From: an uncultured delta proteobacterium | Lineage (GTDB): Bacteria > Myxococcota_A > Polyangia > Fen-1088 | DNA: 64,000 nt | Direction: 5' to 3' | Assembly (NCBI GenBank): GCA_963737265.1 | Contig: CAVTRY010000014.1 | Span: 1-64,000 of the forward strand | In this document: piece after piece, positions 29,117 to 39,072 of the stretch | How positions within the stretch are numbered: the stretch's first letter is position 1 | Layout of the letters: each line of letters begins with the position of its first letter | Notes under the pieces: generated by a model | Told to the model about the DNA's origin: nothing | The model's database searches: none | The model's input: only the letters and a program-made list of their open reading frames with translations | Program-made: the position numbers and the translations under genes

Positions 29117-30018
29117 GGCTTCTTCGCCCGGATGGCCGCGCTCATGATGGCGCCGTCGAGCGCGTTCAGGGTCTCGCCGACGTCGCCGCCACAGCACGAC
29201 GACGATGCCATCTCGGCGGCGTCATCCTTGTTGTAGATCCTGGTCGCTTCGACGGTGATGTCGCGAAAGCCGGCGCCGCGAAGCTTGCCGACGTAATCGC
29301 CTTCCACCAGCGCCCCCGCGACACATCCGGTCCACAGCGCCATGGATTTGCGCGCGGCCTCGGGCAACTCTCGGCGCAGGACGATGTCGGACACCGCGAA
29401 ACGGCCGCCCGGCTTGAGCACGCGAAACGCCTCTTCGAGAACCTTGTCCTTGTCGCCCGACAGGTTGATTACGCAATTCGAGATGATGACGTCCACGGCA
29501 CCGTCGGGCAGCGGAATCTCCTCGATGGTTCCCTTCAAGAACTCGACATTGCTCGCGCCGGCCTTGGCCTTGTTCTTGTTGGCAAGGTCGAGCATCTCGT
29601 CGGTCATGTCGAGTCCGTAGGCCTTGCCCGTGGGGCCGACCCGTTTGGCCGAAAGCAGCACGTCGATGCCGCCGCCGGAGCCAAGATCGAGCACCGTTTC
29701 GCCGGGCTGAAGCTCGGCCAGCGCCGTCGGATTGCCGCAGCCGAACGAGGCCAGGAGAGCCTCCTCGGGTAGCCCGGCAGTCTGCTCGGCGGCGTACAAA
29801 TCGCGCGTGATGGGATCTGTGCCGCCCATGCCGGTTGCCGCCGAGCCGCAACACGACGGTTTCGCGCCGCCGACGACCGCCTGCACCGCCCGGCCATAGC
29901 GCTGCTTGACTAGCTCGCGGATATCTTGCGCCGGGGTGGCGTCGCCGCCGGAGCAGCAGGAGGATTCGGATTCAGGGGCATCAAGGACGAGAAGCTTGGA
30001 CATCGCGGTCTCCTTCAT
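29113..30018 (-). CDS. arsM: Arsenite S-adenosylmethionine methyltransferase
   Basis: SFGCGNP, VLDLGSGGGID, ISNCVINL, WTGCVAGA. Confidence 0.94.
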   Translation of the reverse strand: MKETAMSKLLVLDAPESESSCCSGGDATPAQDIRELVKQRYGRAVQAVVGGAKPSCCGSAATGMGGTDPITRDLYAAEQTAGLPEEALLASFGCGNPTALAELQPGETVLDLGSGGGIDVLLSAKRVGPTGKAYGLDMTDEMLDLANKNKAKAGASNVEFLKGTIEEIPLPDGAVDVIISNCVINLSGDKDKVLEEAFRVLKPGGRFAVSDIVLRRELPEAARKSMALWTGCVAGALVEGDYVGKLRGAGFRDITVEATRIYNKDDAAEMASSSCCGGDVGETLNALDGAIMSAAIRAKKP

Positions 30019-30048
30019 CGATAGTTGTCGATATACTTGGCAAAAAAA

Positions 30049-30423
30049 TTAGCCTCTGAACAGGGCAGCAAATTCGGCGAGGCGGACGCGGATCGACGGG
30101 TCGACGGCGTAGTAGATCCATGTGCCACGGCGCTCGGCCGTGACCAGGCCCGCCTCGCGCAGTTGGCGCAAATGGTGCGAGATGGTGGGCTGCGAGAGAA
30201 GCTTGACGTGGTCCTCGATCTCGCACACACAGATCGCGTCGCCGGCCGCGGCGAGAAAGCCCAGGATGTCGAGCCGGGTCTCGTCGGCGAGCGCCTTGAA
30301 CAGGGCCGCGTATTGGGTGATGTCCGTGGCCCGCAGCTCTGTGCGCGGCCGACAGCAGAGGACCGCTTTGCTCTCCGGTTCCACGATGGCGAGGCGCTTG
30401 GTCACCGCATCAGCCTGGATCAT
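30049..30423 (-). CDS. arsR: ArsR/SmtB regulator
   Basis: FKALADETRL, ICVCEI, SQPTISHHL, ERRGTWIYY. Confidence 0.92.
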   Translation of the reverse strand: MIQADAVTKRLAIVEPESKAVLCCRPRTELRATDITQYAALFKALADETRLDILGFLAAAGDAICVCEIEDHVKLLSQPTISHHLRQLREAGLVTAERRGTWIYYAVDPSIRVRLAEFAALFRG

Positions 30424-30550
30424 ACATCGACCGCTGTCAATATAGAAAGCTGTCGATGTATGGACACCAACGAAGAAAGTCCCCGGCACGCGATAGAATC
30501 ACGTGCCGGGGATCCGCCGCAGGCGATGGGTCAGCGTCAGCCGAGACTCT

Positions 30551-32797
30551 TCATTGACAGCCGGAGGCACCGCTTCCTTGGCACGCCGGAGGGGTGGTGG
30601 CGCTCGAACCCGCATAGAAATCTTTGCACACGCAAAGTTTCTGGCAGCAGATAGGGCCTGTGATGAATGGTATCGCGCACGCGAAACCGCTCATGCAGCG
30701 CTTGTCATTCGGGTTGGTGGGGTCGCGCAGTTGCCCGCTGCAGTCGCTGTCTTGCGAGCAAGAGGACGAGCACAGGCCCGTGGTGTCAATTGTCGCTGCC
30801 TGCGCAGCAACAGCGGGCTTGACGCAGATTCGACTGGCGCACTCCAAAGCCTGGGGGTTGTAGATAGCTTGTGACTGAGACCAGCCGGCGTCGCCGGTGA
30901 AGAGGTCACAGGGAAGTCCGACGGGGCCGGCGGATGTGCCCACGGTCCCGGCATCGGCTCCGCCTGTGTTCGTTACGCCACCCGTCGAGCTACAGCCCGC
31001 CGTCGCGGCCGCGCCGGAGGCGACGGCAGGACAAGTCCGGCACAGCATGTCGAGTTTCGTGCCGGCGGGAACCTGGGGAGCCGATGGATCCTTGACCACG
31101 CTGACGAGCTGACCCACACCTGCGCCCTCGGTTCCTGGGCACCGGGTAGTGTCATAGACCAGCTTCCAGCACGGCCTTGTCGGCTGATTTGCATCCGCGA
31201 GCGTCGGGTCGCATTGAGGCATGGCGGGCAGCTCCGTGATGATTCCGGTAGTCACGTCGGGTTCCGCATAGGCCACGCGGCAATCCGGCTGGACTCCGGG
31301 CGTATTTTGGTCCGTATCCAAAAGCGTGGCATTCACGCAGAGGTTCTGCAGCTTCTTGGCGATCGCGGTTCCGATGCCGCTCATCGCGGCGGAGTAGTCC
31401 GGCTGGCAGATACTGTACTTGAGACCATTGGAACCGAACTCGTCGACAAACGCGGACAGGCGCAGGCCGCCGGTCGCGCCATAGGCGACGCTCGCCTGGT
31501 AGCCGGCCTGGGTCGTGGGATCGTTGTTGCCAAGCGGGTGGTTGGGATCGTAGCAAACAGGCCAGTAGTCAAAGACCGTGGGATGGGCCGTGTCGGCCGT
31601 GTTCTGATTGAAGATCCTGTCGATCTTGTATTGAGCCGTGGCCATGTCCGAATCGGTAAGCGGCAGGCCAAAGATGCCGGCAACGAGGATCTGATTTGGG
31701 TCAGCCTTGAGTCCCTTGATGACGTTGGCTAGGTTGTGAATATCCCTGAGCGGACTGCAATTCGTAGGCTTCGATGTGTCGGTACTCCCATTGTCATCCA
31801 GCTGATTGGGACACGAGTCGGTCCTGGCTGCGCAGTCCGAGAATGGGTGTGTGAATGCTGCCGTGGTCGGATAGCCGGGGGGTAGGTTGGAGAGATTGGT
31901 CCCGCCGCACTGATGCGCGCGGGTTGCGCAGCGCAAGCTGGCGGACTCACTCGCGAGCGCTAAATTCAGACTTGAGCTAAACATGCCGTCGTTGGGCGCG
32001 GCCGAGCAGTCGTCCTCGTCGCTGAGGAAGACCAAGCCAAGGTAGGCCGAGGGACGCAGCATTGCCTGCTGGGCGGCCAAAGTTGGGCCGTCAGTGCTCG
32101 AGGTTAGCACGCGAGGCCGGAGGGCAAATTCGAAGGCCTGCAACTGATGCTCGAACCCGCAACCCTGCGTGCCGAGTCCATTGGCTAAACAGGTGAACAC
32201 GGTGTTGATGTCGGTTTGGGGATTTCCGGTTGGCGAATTGAAGTTCGTCACCACACCGCTCGCTGCATTCTGGTAGTCGATCCAGAGCGCATTGGGATCC
32301 TTCACGCCACATGCGCTTGCGTTGATCATGCGGAACTTGCCCGCGTCGCCGAACGGATCGTTGCCATTGCTCGCATTGGGGCCGCAGGATCCGCTGCCGA
32401 TGTTGCCTGCGGTGCCGAGGTCGCTGTCGATGATCGCGACGCGCAAATCGGGAAGGGTTCCGTCGGTGGGATCCTTGAGCGCGTTGAGTAGCAATGGAAA
32501 GTTGGCTTGCAGCTTGGCTTGCTTGGGCGCCATGGACGGGGAGTTGTCGATCATGAACACCAGGTCGAGCTGCCGGATGGGAGCGATTGGAATGTACAGG
32601 CTGGTCACCCAAACTGGCTGGGGATAGGCCCCGCCAGCACTGCTAGCTCCGCCAGCGCCACCCGACGCCGAGCCGTTCCCGCCGGAGCCGCCATCCGAGC
32701 CGAGACTCTGCCCGGCGACGAGATTGCTTCCGCATCCAGCGGCGCCGAACCCGAGCGCCAACCCAATGACAAGAACCGAGGATGTTGTATTTTTCAT
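30551..32797 (-). CDS. Myxobacterial vWA lipoprotein (CglB-like) with C-terminal Cys-rich CglC-like module
   Basis: AAGC lipobox; MIDAS LDLVFMIDNSPSM, GCGFEHQL, LSDEDDCS; tail ALECASRIC...CCQKLCVCKDF. Confidence 0.75.
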   Translation of the reverse strand: MKNTTSSVLVIGLALGFGAAGCGSNLVAGQSLGSDGGSGGNGSASGGAGGASSAGGAYPQPVWVTSLYIPIAPIRQLDLVFMIDNSPSMAPKQAKLQANFPLLLNALKDPTDGTLPDLRVAIIDSDLGTAGNIGSGSCGPNASNGNDPFGDAGKFRMINASACGVKDPNALWIDYQNAASGVVTNFNSPTGNPQTDINTVFTCLANGLGTQGCGFEHQLQAFEFALRPRVLTSSTDGPTLAAQQAMLRPSAYLGLVFLSDEDDCSAAPNDGMFSSSLNLALASESASLRCATRAHQCGGTNLSNLPPGYPTTAAFTHPFSDCAARTDSCPNQLDDNGSTDTSKPTNCSPLRDIHNLANVIKGLKADPNQILVAGIFGLPLTDSDMATAQYKIDRIFNQNTADTAHPTVFDYWPVCYDPNHPLGNNDPTTQAGYQASVAYGATGGLRLSAFVDEFGSNGLKYSICQPDYSAAMSGIGTAIAKKLQNLCVNATLLDTDQNTPGVQPDCRVAYAEPDVTTGIITELPAMPQCDPTLADANQPTRPCWKLVYDTTRCPGTEGAGVGQLVSVVKDPSAPQVPAGTKLDMLCRTCPAVASGAAATAGCSSTGGVTNTGGADAGTVGTSAGPVGLPCDLFTGDAGWSQSQAIYNPQALECASRICVKPAVAAQAATIDTTGLCSSSCSQDSDCSGQLRDPTNPNDKRCMSGFACAIPFITGPICCQKLCVCKDFYAGSSATTPPACQGSGASGCQ

Positions 32798-32852
32798 GAC
32801 CGTACCTGTCCTTTGCCGAGCAGAAACCTTACAGAAATGAAATAGAGAGCCC

Positions 32853-33806
32853 CTACAGAACCCGCCACGACAAACCCATCGCCACGCGCAATTCCCAGCC
32901 CGGCAGCGATGCGCTGATTATGGCGGACGAATTGGCGACAGTGCTCTCGACCCTGCGACCTTGCGGCCACAGGATTCCGCCGACAGTGAGCCATGCGGTT
33001 CTACTTTTCCACGGAATCATGGCGCGCAAGCCTGCGCCCGCGCTCAATTCGTAGGAATAGTCGCTGCGATTGGGATCGAAGCCGGTGCCTTGAACCAAAA
33101 GCAGCGCTACCGCAGGGCCGGCTTGGGCGTACAGCGACCATTGGGCGGCGTGCAATTGAGCCATCGCATTCAATTCAAGGGTGGGCCGCCAATAATTGGC
33201 CGAGCCCTGTCCGACGGCCACTCCGCGCGGCAATGCCACAGACGCATTCAACACCAGTCCGAATTGCCCGAACAGAAAGGTTCCATCGAGCGCCAAGCCG
33301 GCGTCCACACCCTGACCGTCGACCAGTCCCAACAGCGAGCCACCGACGAGCGTGCGCAGTCCTTTGGGCACCGGCACCGGCTCCTCTTCTGCCACGAGAT
33401 CTTCAGCGTCGCCGCTCGTGGGCGCCGCCCCCTGCACGCGCGGTGGAATGCCGGGCGCGACCAAAACCGCGGCCGGGATGGCGTCCAGCCAGGCGGCGAT
33501 GATGAGCGCCGCGGCCTCGGCGCGCGAGTCGCAATCGCCGGTGGCGGGCAATACGCGTTGATGGGTTTCTTCGCCCGGCGTCGAGACCTCGATGAACAGC
33601 GCCAGTCCGTCCCGATTGCTTTCCGCGCGCACGCGAGCGCTCGCGGATGCGGGCCCGCCCGCGGACAGCAGGCCCACCAGTTTGAGACTGACGGCGTCGG
33701 AGGAGGGACAATTGGTGTTGCTCAACACCCGCGTTGCGCCCATGGCCGCGGGCAGCCCTGCCAGCAATGAAATCGCGAACGCACACGCTAGCGACGTGGG
33801 GTTCAT
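32853..33806 (-). CDS. Putative outer-membrane protein of ECF operon
   Basis: Signal peptide, CPS..DC..RAEAAALII domain, amphipathic beta strands. Confidence 0.6.
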   Translation of the reverse strand: MNPTSLACAFAISLLAGLPAAMGATRVLSNTNCPSSDAVSLKLVGLLSAGGPASASARVRAESNRDGLALFIEVSTPGEETHQRVLPATGDCDSRAEAAALIIAAWLDAIPAAVLVAPGIPPRVQGAAPTSGDAEDLVAEEEPVPVPKGLRTLVGGSLLGLVDGQGVDAGLALDGTFLFGQFGLVLNASVALPRGVAVGQGSANYWRPTLELNAMAQLHAAQWSLYAQAGPAVALLLVQGTGFDPNRSDYSYELSAGAGLRAMIPWKSRTAWLTVGGILWPQGRRVESTVANSSAIISASLPGWELRVAMGLSWRVL

Positions 33807-35035
33807 CGTTTGGACAGTAGCTTGCTGGCTTCCGCGGCGAAGCGCCCGTGGGGATAGCGCTCGCGATACGCTTCGATGTCGGCGAGGCCCGCCTCTCGCT
33901 CGCCGCAGCGAAGCCTGGTCACGCCCCGGCCCCACAGCGCTCGTTCGTGCCATGCGGGCGCGCCCGAAACCCGCGCTAGCGCTCGATCGAAATCCGCCGT
34001 GGCATCTAGCCAACGTCGCACGCCGGCGCGCAGCTCGCCACGCAGGACGAAGCGCTCGCCGCTGCGAGGAAGCTCATCGAGCGACATGGCGTCCAGCCGG
34101 CCAAGTGCCTCGGCGTCGCGATGGAGTGCCAAGAGCGCCTCCACCTCAAGCACCGTGCGTTCGCCGCGCAGAGCACTCTTGGGATACTCCCGCTCGTGTT
34201 CCTCCAGGGTTGCGAAGGCGGCCGCGGGATGGTGTTCCCAGCGCAGCTCGCGCATGGCCAAGCCAAGCAACACTTGGTCGCTGGGTAGAGCTTTTTTCGC
34301 GAGCGAATGCGAAGGCGGCGGCGGCGGAGCGGCCGGCGCGACGTGCGGCTGTGCGATGGGCGACGCTGGCCGAGACGACGGCGGATCCAGCGTGGTCGGG
34401 CCCGGCGCGGTGGCGTGGGGTGCTCCCGTTGCCGCGGTTTTGCCGGAAATGCCCGGGGCACGCGCCGACAAGCTCGGGGCGCCGACGAAAGCCAAGCGGA
34501 CGGACGGACTTGGCCGAGGCTTTCGAACCGGAGTGGGCGCTGCAGCGGTCCTCGCGGATGGCGTTGGCTGGAGCGAGATCCCCGGATTCGACGCGGAGGC
34601 TGGGGTAAGCGGCCAGTGAGATCCCTCGGCACTAAACGTCGATTCCGGCATCTGGGCGAAATCCGCCTTATCGAGATCGCGCTCTTCCGCGGGCGCGGCA
34701 AGATGCTTGCTGGCTCGATGAGGCTTCTCGATGCTGTGCTTGGCCGACTCGCGATCGGGTTCGGCAACGACCCGCGAGGAAATCAGCCCCAATCGCTGCG
34801 CAGTCGCGAAGGCGGCGCCTCCCAGCACCAACAAGCCGAGAGCGGCCCACACCGGCATCAGGCGAATCCGCAGCTCGCTGGGACGCGAGCGAAACAACGT
34901 GCGCAGAACCCGACGCTTGATCTGCCGCTTGCTCTCCGGCGACAGGCTGTCGGTAGGCGACGCCGCGTGCAGGAAAGGCGCGATCTTTCCGAGATAGCGT
35001 TCCCGATTCTCGTTCGACCTTTGTCCGGCCCTCAT
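33803..35035 (-). CDS. Putative anti-sigma factor (1 TM, Pro-rich linker, C-terminal TPR)
   Basis: Directly after the sigma gene; TM VWAALGLLVLGG; YPKSAL..ER and YRERYPHGRF TPR-type motifs. Confidence 0.7.
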   Translation of the reverse strand: MRAGQRSNENRERYLGKIAPFLHAASPTDSLSPESKRQIKRRVLRTLFRSRPSELRIRLMPVWAALGLLVLGGAAFATAQRLGLISSRVVAEPDRESAKHSIEKPHRASKHLAAPAEERDLDKADFAQMPESTFSAEGSHWPLTPASASNPGISLQPTPSARTAAAPTPVRKPRPSPSVRLAFVGAPSLSARAPGISGKTAATGAPHATAPGPTTLDPPSSRPASPIAQPHVAPAAPPPPPSHSLAKKALPSDQVLLGLAMRELRWEHHPAAAFATLEEHEREYPKSALRGERTVLEVEALLALHRDAEALGRLDAMSLDELPRSGERFVLRGELRAGVRRWLDATADFDRALARVSGAPAWHERALWGRGVTRLRCGEREAGLADIEAYRERYPHGRFAAEASKLLSKR

Positions 35036-35622
35036 ACTGCGGCCCCTTCCTTGCTGTTCGACAATTGAGCGTACAGTTTCGCGCGTCCGCGATGCACCCG
35101 CACCCAAACGGCGTTGGCGGTCACTCCCAGCAGGCGCGCGGCATCCTCGGCCGGCGTGCCATCCAGGTCGCACAGAATGATCGCCGTGCGGTACTTGTCG
35201 GGCAGCCGATCGAGAGCACTGTACAGACGGGCGCAGCGTTGGCGGCGCTCCATTTCTTCGAGCGGCGTTGGGTTGGATGGCGACGTCGCCTCTTGATCGC
35301 CGCGGTGAAGGACATCGAGAAAACGCCGCAGACGATTGCGCGAGCGGCGTTTGCGCACCACTAGCAGGGTGATGCGAAACAACCAGGTGGAAAGTTTGGC
35401 ATCGCCACGGAAATCGTGCCGCCTCCGCAGCGCAACGACGAATACGTCGTGGACCAGATCCTCCACATCCGCCGCTGGACCAGCCAAGCGGCGCACCCAG
35501 CGCTCAACGCTTGGCTCGTAAGTCTCGTAAAGATGATCGAACAGCAGCTCGACGTCGGACGTGTCCAGCCCCGCCGGGACGGCGGCGAATTCGCCACTTT
35601 CGCTTGCTTGGCCGCCCGACAT
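35032..35622 (-). CDS. ECF RNA polymerase sigma factor
   Basis: DVEDLVHDVF, FRGDAKLSTWLFRI (region 2); LDRLPDKYR...VWVRVHRGR (region 4). Confidence 0.93.
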   Translation of the reverse strand: MSGGQASESGEFAAVPAGLDTSDVELLFDHLYETYEPSVERWVRRLAGPAADVEDLVHDVFVVALRRRHDFRGDAKLSTWLFRITLLVVRKRRSRNRLRRFLDVLHRGDQEATSPSNPTPLEEMERRQRCARLYSALDRLPDKYRTAIILCDLDGTPAEDAARLLGVTANAVWVRVHRGRAKLYAQLSNSKEGAAV

Positions 35623-35735
35623 CTTGTCCCCCGTGCTGTCCTTGTCCCTTGCGTGCGACTGACCTTACAAGAAATCGTAACGACAACGCCGCCCGGCGTC
35701 ACCAAGTATTCGTCCGACGCCCAGCGTCGGACGCC

Positions 35736-36680
35736 CTATCGCCGTTGCGCTTGAAGCACGCGGGGCGGATCGTACCAGGGGTCGCGATGAGCGTGCTCGC
35801 GGCCGAGAATTTCCCGACCGTGGGGCACGGCGGTTACGGCGTAGGCGACTCCCAATGCGGACTGCACAACGGTCTCGAAGTCTTCGTACCCGTGATAGGA
35901 CTTGTCGTTGCACAGGAACACCGCGCGCGCAGGCTTGATGGCCAGAATGGATTCCAACAGCTCGGGCCAGAACTTGCGCAGAACGCGGTCGTCGCCCCTG
36001 CCGACTCCGAAAGCCGGGGGATCTGCGATCACGAGGTCGAATGGCTCGGCCGTTCCGCGTTCGGCGCGACGACGCCAGCGTCGCAAGTAGGCTTGCGCGG
36101 TATCGGGAACCACGCGAAAGTCGGTGCCGTTAAGCGCGGCGTTGCGCCGGCCCCAGCTAAGGTAGCCGCGCTCGGGATCCACGTTGACCACGTCGCGCGC
36201 GCCACCGGCCCGGGCCGCGACGCCAAACCCGCACGCGTAGGAAAAGAGGTTCAGGACCAGTCCCCCGCGGGCCAGCGCGCGCACCCGGCTGCGCGCGGTA
36301 CGGCCGTCGAGGAAGAGGCCGAAGTCGTGTCGGGGATCGGTGCGTATTTCGAAGCGGATTCCGTCTTCGACGGCCACGAGCTGCTCGGGCACAGGAATCC
36401 CAGCCCAGCGAAGTCGGAACCCTGGATCGCCTTCTGCGCCCCGCCAACGCAGTAGGATTGAACGTCCGGGGAATGCGGCCTCGAGAACCGCCATCAGCTC
36501 TTCGCCCGGCCCGGCTGGATTGTATTCGGTGGCGACAACCAGCTGCCCGAAGCGATCGACGACGAGTCCGGGCAAGCCGTCCGCCGCGCCGGCAAATACC
36601 CGCACACAAGCATCGCCCAGCTGCAACAGCTCGCCGCGGTACGCGATGGCATCCGACAGAATGTGCTCCAGGTGGCTCAT
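35736..36680 (-). CDS. RlmI/RlmK-like class I SAM methyltransferase
   Basis: ADGLPGLVVDRF, GLFLDGR, VLNLFSYACGF, IADPPAF. Confidence 0.88.
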   Translation of the reverse strand: MSHLEHILSDAIAYRGELLQLGDACVRVFAGAADGLPGLVVDRFGQLVVATEYNPAGPGEELMAVLEAAFPGRSILLRWRGAEGDPGFRLRWAGIPVPEQLVAVEDGIRFEIRTDPRHDFGLFLDGRTARSRVRALARGGLVLNLFSYACGFGVAARAGGARDVVNVDPERGYLSWGRRNAALNGTDFRVVPDTAQAYLRRWRRRAERGTAEPFDLVIADPPAFGVGRGDDRVLRKFWPELLESILAIKPARAVFLCNDKSYHGYEDFETVVQSALGVAYAVTAVPHGREILGREHAHRDPWYDPPRVLQAQRR

Positions 36681-36841
36681 CGCTTCGCGTCCTGCAGTGC
36701 AGGAGCTTGTCCTTTGCGCTTCCTCGAGCGCCTCTACCAGGGACGCCGCGTTCGTTGCAATCGAAAACGAGCTGCCGGTGTCGATAGGGTGAGGCAAGCG
36801 CGATGCTGAGCACTACGCCTCGATGAACAAGGAAGGCCACC

Positions 36842-38923
36842 GTGAAATCAAATCGAATCCCATCTGTAGTGCTCAAGGCGCTTTCATTTGCGTGCGCCGC
36901 CTGTTCGGCCTCTTCCTCACCGGGCAGCCTCGACGCCGGCGGAAACAGCTCGTCGCTTGCAGACGCCGCGAGCGCGGGCGGCCAAGCTGACGGCCAGGGA
37001 GGCATGGACGGCTCCTTGCCAGATTCCACCGGTGGTAGCGAAGCGGGTGCGTGTTCGGCGGACGCCACCAAGACGGTGGCCTCGGGTCAGACCTGGCAGC
37101 TCCAAGCGACGACCAAGCTGTGCGGGTTGACCATCGAATCTGGCGGCTCGGTCGCTGCACCCGACGGCTACTCCATCACCATGACAGTCGACGGAGTCGA
37201 ATCGGGCCAGGCTCTCACCACAACGTCCGGCGTGGCGACCGCCTTCGTGTCTGGCACGTATATCGGCAACGTCGTCCTCACGTTGACCACCACTACACCA
37301 GTCGCCTACGCCGCGGCCGGCGGTGGCACCCTGACCTTTCCCTTCCGCCAGGCTCTCTACCTTGGCGCAAGCGGTGTCGAGACCGACAAATCCGTTCTCG
37401 CCGCCGTGACCTACGCTGCGCCCACTGCCTTCGAGCTCGACGCCATCGCCGTCACGTCAACCGGCGAAGCCTTCGACGCGGTCTATGCGGTTGGCGGCAC
37501 GTACACCCTGAACCAGCCGACGATTAGCCTGACCGGCAACGGCCGAAGCGACTTCGCCGGGTACGGCACCGCGATCGTGGCCGACGGGACTTCGACGAAG
37601 CTGGTCATCGACGGCGCCATCATCTCGAACAAGGGCGTGGTTCGGAACGCCATCGTTTCGAACGATGGCGCCAACGTGGTGGTCAAGAACTCCACCATCA
37701 CGACCCAAAGCAGCACCCTACCGGCTGACTACGTCCAGACAGTCAATACGGGTCAAATGCGTTCTGTTCCTTGGATGCTCGGAATTCGAGGCACGGACAA
37801 TGTCCGGGCGACCAACCTGCTTGGCACAAGCTCGAAAGGGACCTATGTAAATTCGACGATCACCTCCAACGGCTGGGGCGTTCTGTCGACCGATTCTGGC
37901 TCCGGCTGCACGCTCACGGCAATTAACAGCACCATCGATACGAAAGACACCGATGGCAATGTCACGGAGGGCTACGGCTCGTACGCTATCGGCGACGCCA
38001 CCGAGTACTTCTTGGGCACGACCTTCAATGTTGGCAGCTACGCGACCATCAACACGGGCGGCGTTGTCAACTTCGGCGACAGCGCGGCTTCGATGGTCGC
38101 CTCGCTCAATTCCAGCCTCGGCATTGGCCTTAGTGGCGACGAGCTTGCGAAGCTGACGCCGACAAACGCCATCGTCAATTCCAAACGGTTCGGTATCATG
38201 TGGCACAGCTCGTCCGGCACCGTGAACATCGCCGGCGGTACAGTCTTCAATACCGGCGAAGCCGTGTTCCTGCCCAAGACCACGGGAACCGTCAGCATCA
38301 ACATCGACGGATCCGAAGGAGCGGCGCTGAAGCCAGTGAACGGCGTCATTCTCCAGGTCATGGACGACGACGATCCGGGTCCGGTCAACAGCATGAACAC
38401 CGGTACCTACACGCAACCAACTACCACGCCCAGCGCCGCCTCGGGCTTCGACCCAACGTCGACCTCGACCTCCAAGCTGGCGAAGATTACTCTCAGCGCC
38501 ATGGCGCTGACCGGCGACTTCTACAATGGCGCGGGCTGGGGCGTTGCGGGCGCCGCCGAGAACATGGCGGTCTACCTGGCGAGCAAGACGACGATCGCCG
38601 GCACCATCACGTCGTCGAAGGCGCTTCACTACGACCCGTCGACGGGCAACGCGGTCACCACGATCACGGCCGCCAATTACTACGACCTTGGCGAGGTCAA
38701 GAACACACCGCAGGCTGCAATCAACAACGGCACGATTGTCTCGGTCGATGGGACCTCCACCTGGGTCGTGACTGGTACTTCCTATCTGACGAAGCTCGTG
38801 CTGGCCTCGGGCGCCATCCTCAGCGCGCCGACCGGCAAGACCGTGACGATGACTGTTGCAGGAGCTGCGACGCCGGTCAATGCCGGCACCTATTCTGGCG
38901 CCATTGTGCTGACGGTTCAGTAA
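36842..38923 (+). CDS. Large secreted Thr/Ser-rich putative beta-helix lipoprotein
   Basis: Signal/lipobox CAAC, beta-helix-like repeats (VKNSTITT, YVNSTITS, AINSTID), WGVLSTD. Confidence 0.7.
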   Translation: MKSNRIPSVVLKALSFACAACSASSSPGSLDAGGNSSSLADAASAGGQADGQGGMDGSLPDSTGGSEAGACSADATKTVASGQTWQLQATTKLCGLTIESGGSVAAPDGYSITMTVDGVESGQALTTTSGVATAFVSGTYIGNVVLTLTTTTPVAYAAAGGGTLTFPFRQALYLGASGVETDKSVLAAVTYAAPTAFELDAIAVTSTGEAFDAVYAVGGTYTLNQPTISLTGNGRSDFAGYGTAIVADGTSTKLVIDGAIISNKGVVRNAIVSNDGANVVVKNSTITTQSSTLPADYVQTVNTGQMRSVPWMLGIRGTDNVRATNLLGTSSKGTYVNSTITSNGWGVLSTDSGSGCTLTAINSTIDTKDTDGNVTEGYGSYAIGDATEYFLGTTFNVGSYATINTGGVVNFGDSAASMVASLNSSLGIGLSGDELAKLTPTNAIVNSKRFGIMWHSSSGTVNIAGGTVFNTGEAVFLPKTTGTVSINIDGSEGAALKPVNGVILQVMDDDDPGPVNSMNTGTYTQPTTTPSAASGFDPTSTSTSKLAKITLSAMALTGDFYNGAGWGVAGAAENMAVYLASKTTIAGTITSSKALHYDPSTGNAVTTITAANYYDLGEVKNTPQAAINNGTIVSVDGTSTWVVTGTSYLTKLVLASGAILSAPTGKTVTMTVAGAATPVNAGTYSGAIVLTVQ

Positions 38924-39072
38924 GGAGCCGCGTTAGGGCAAGCCGGGCGCCTCGTCGCCCAAGTCGTAGCAGGGGCGCGCAAGCTTCGCATTCCCTTGCC
39001 CCAAGAATCTCCACGGTTGCCCGCAACCTCCCCGGATTTTCAGCATCTCAAGACGACAAGTGGGAGCCCAGG

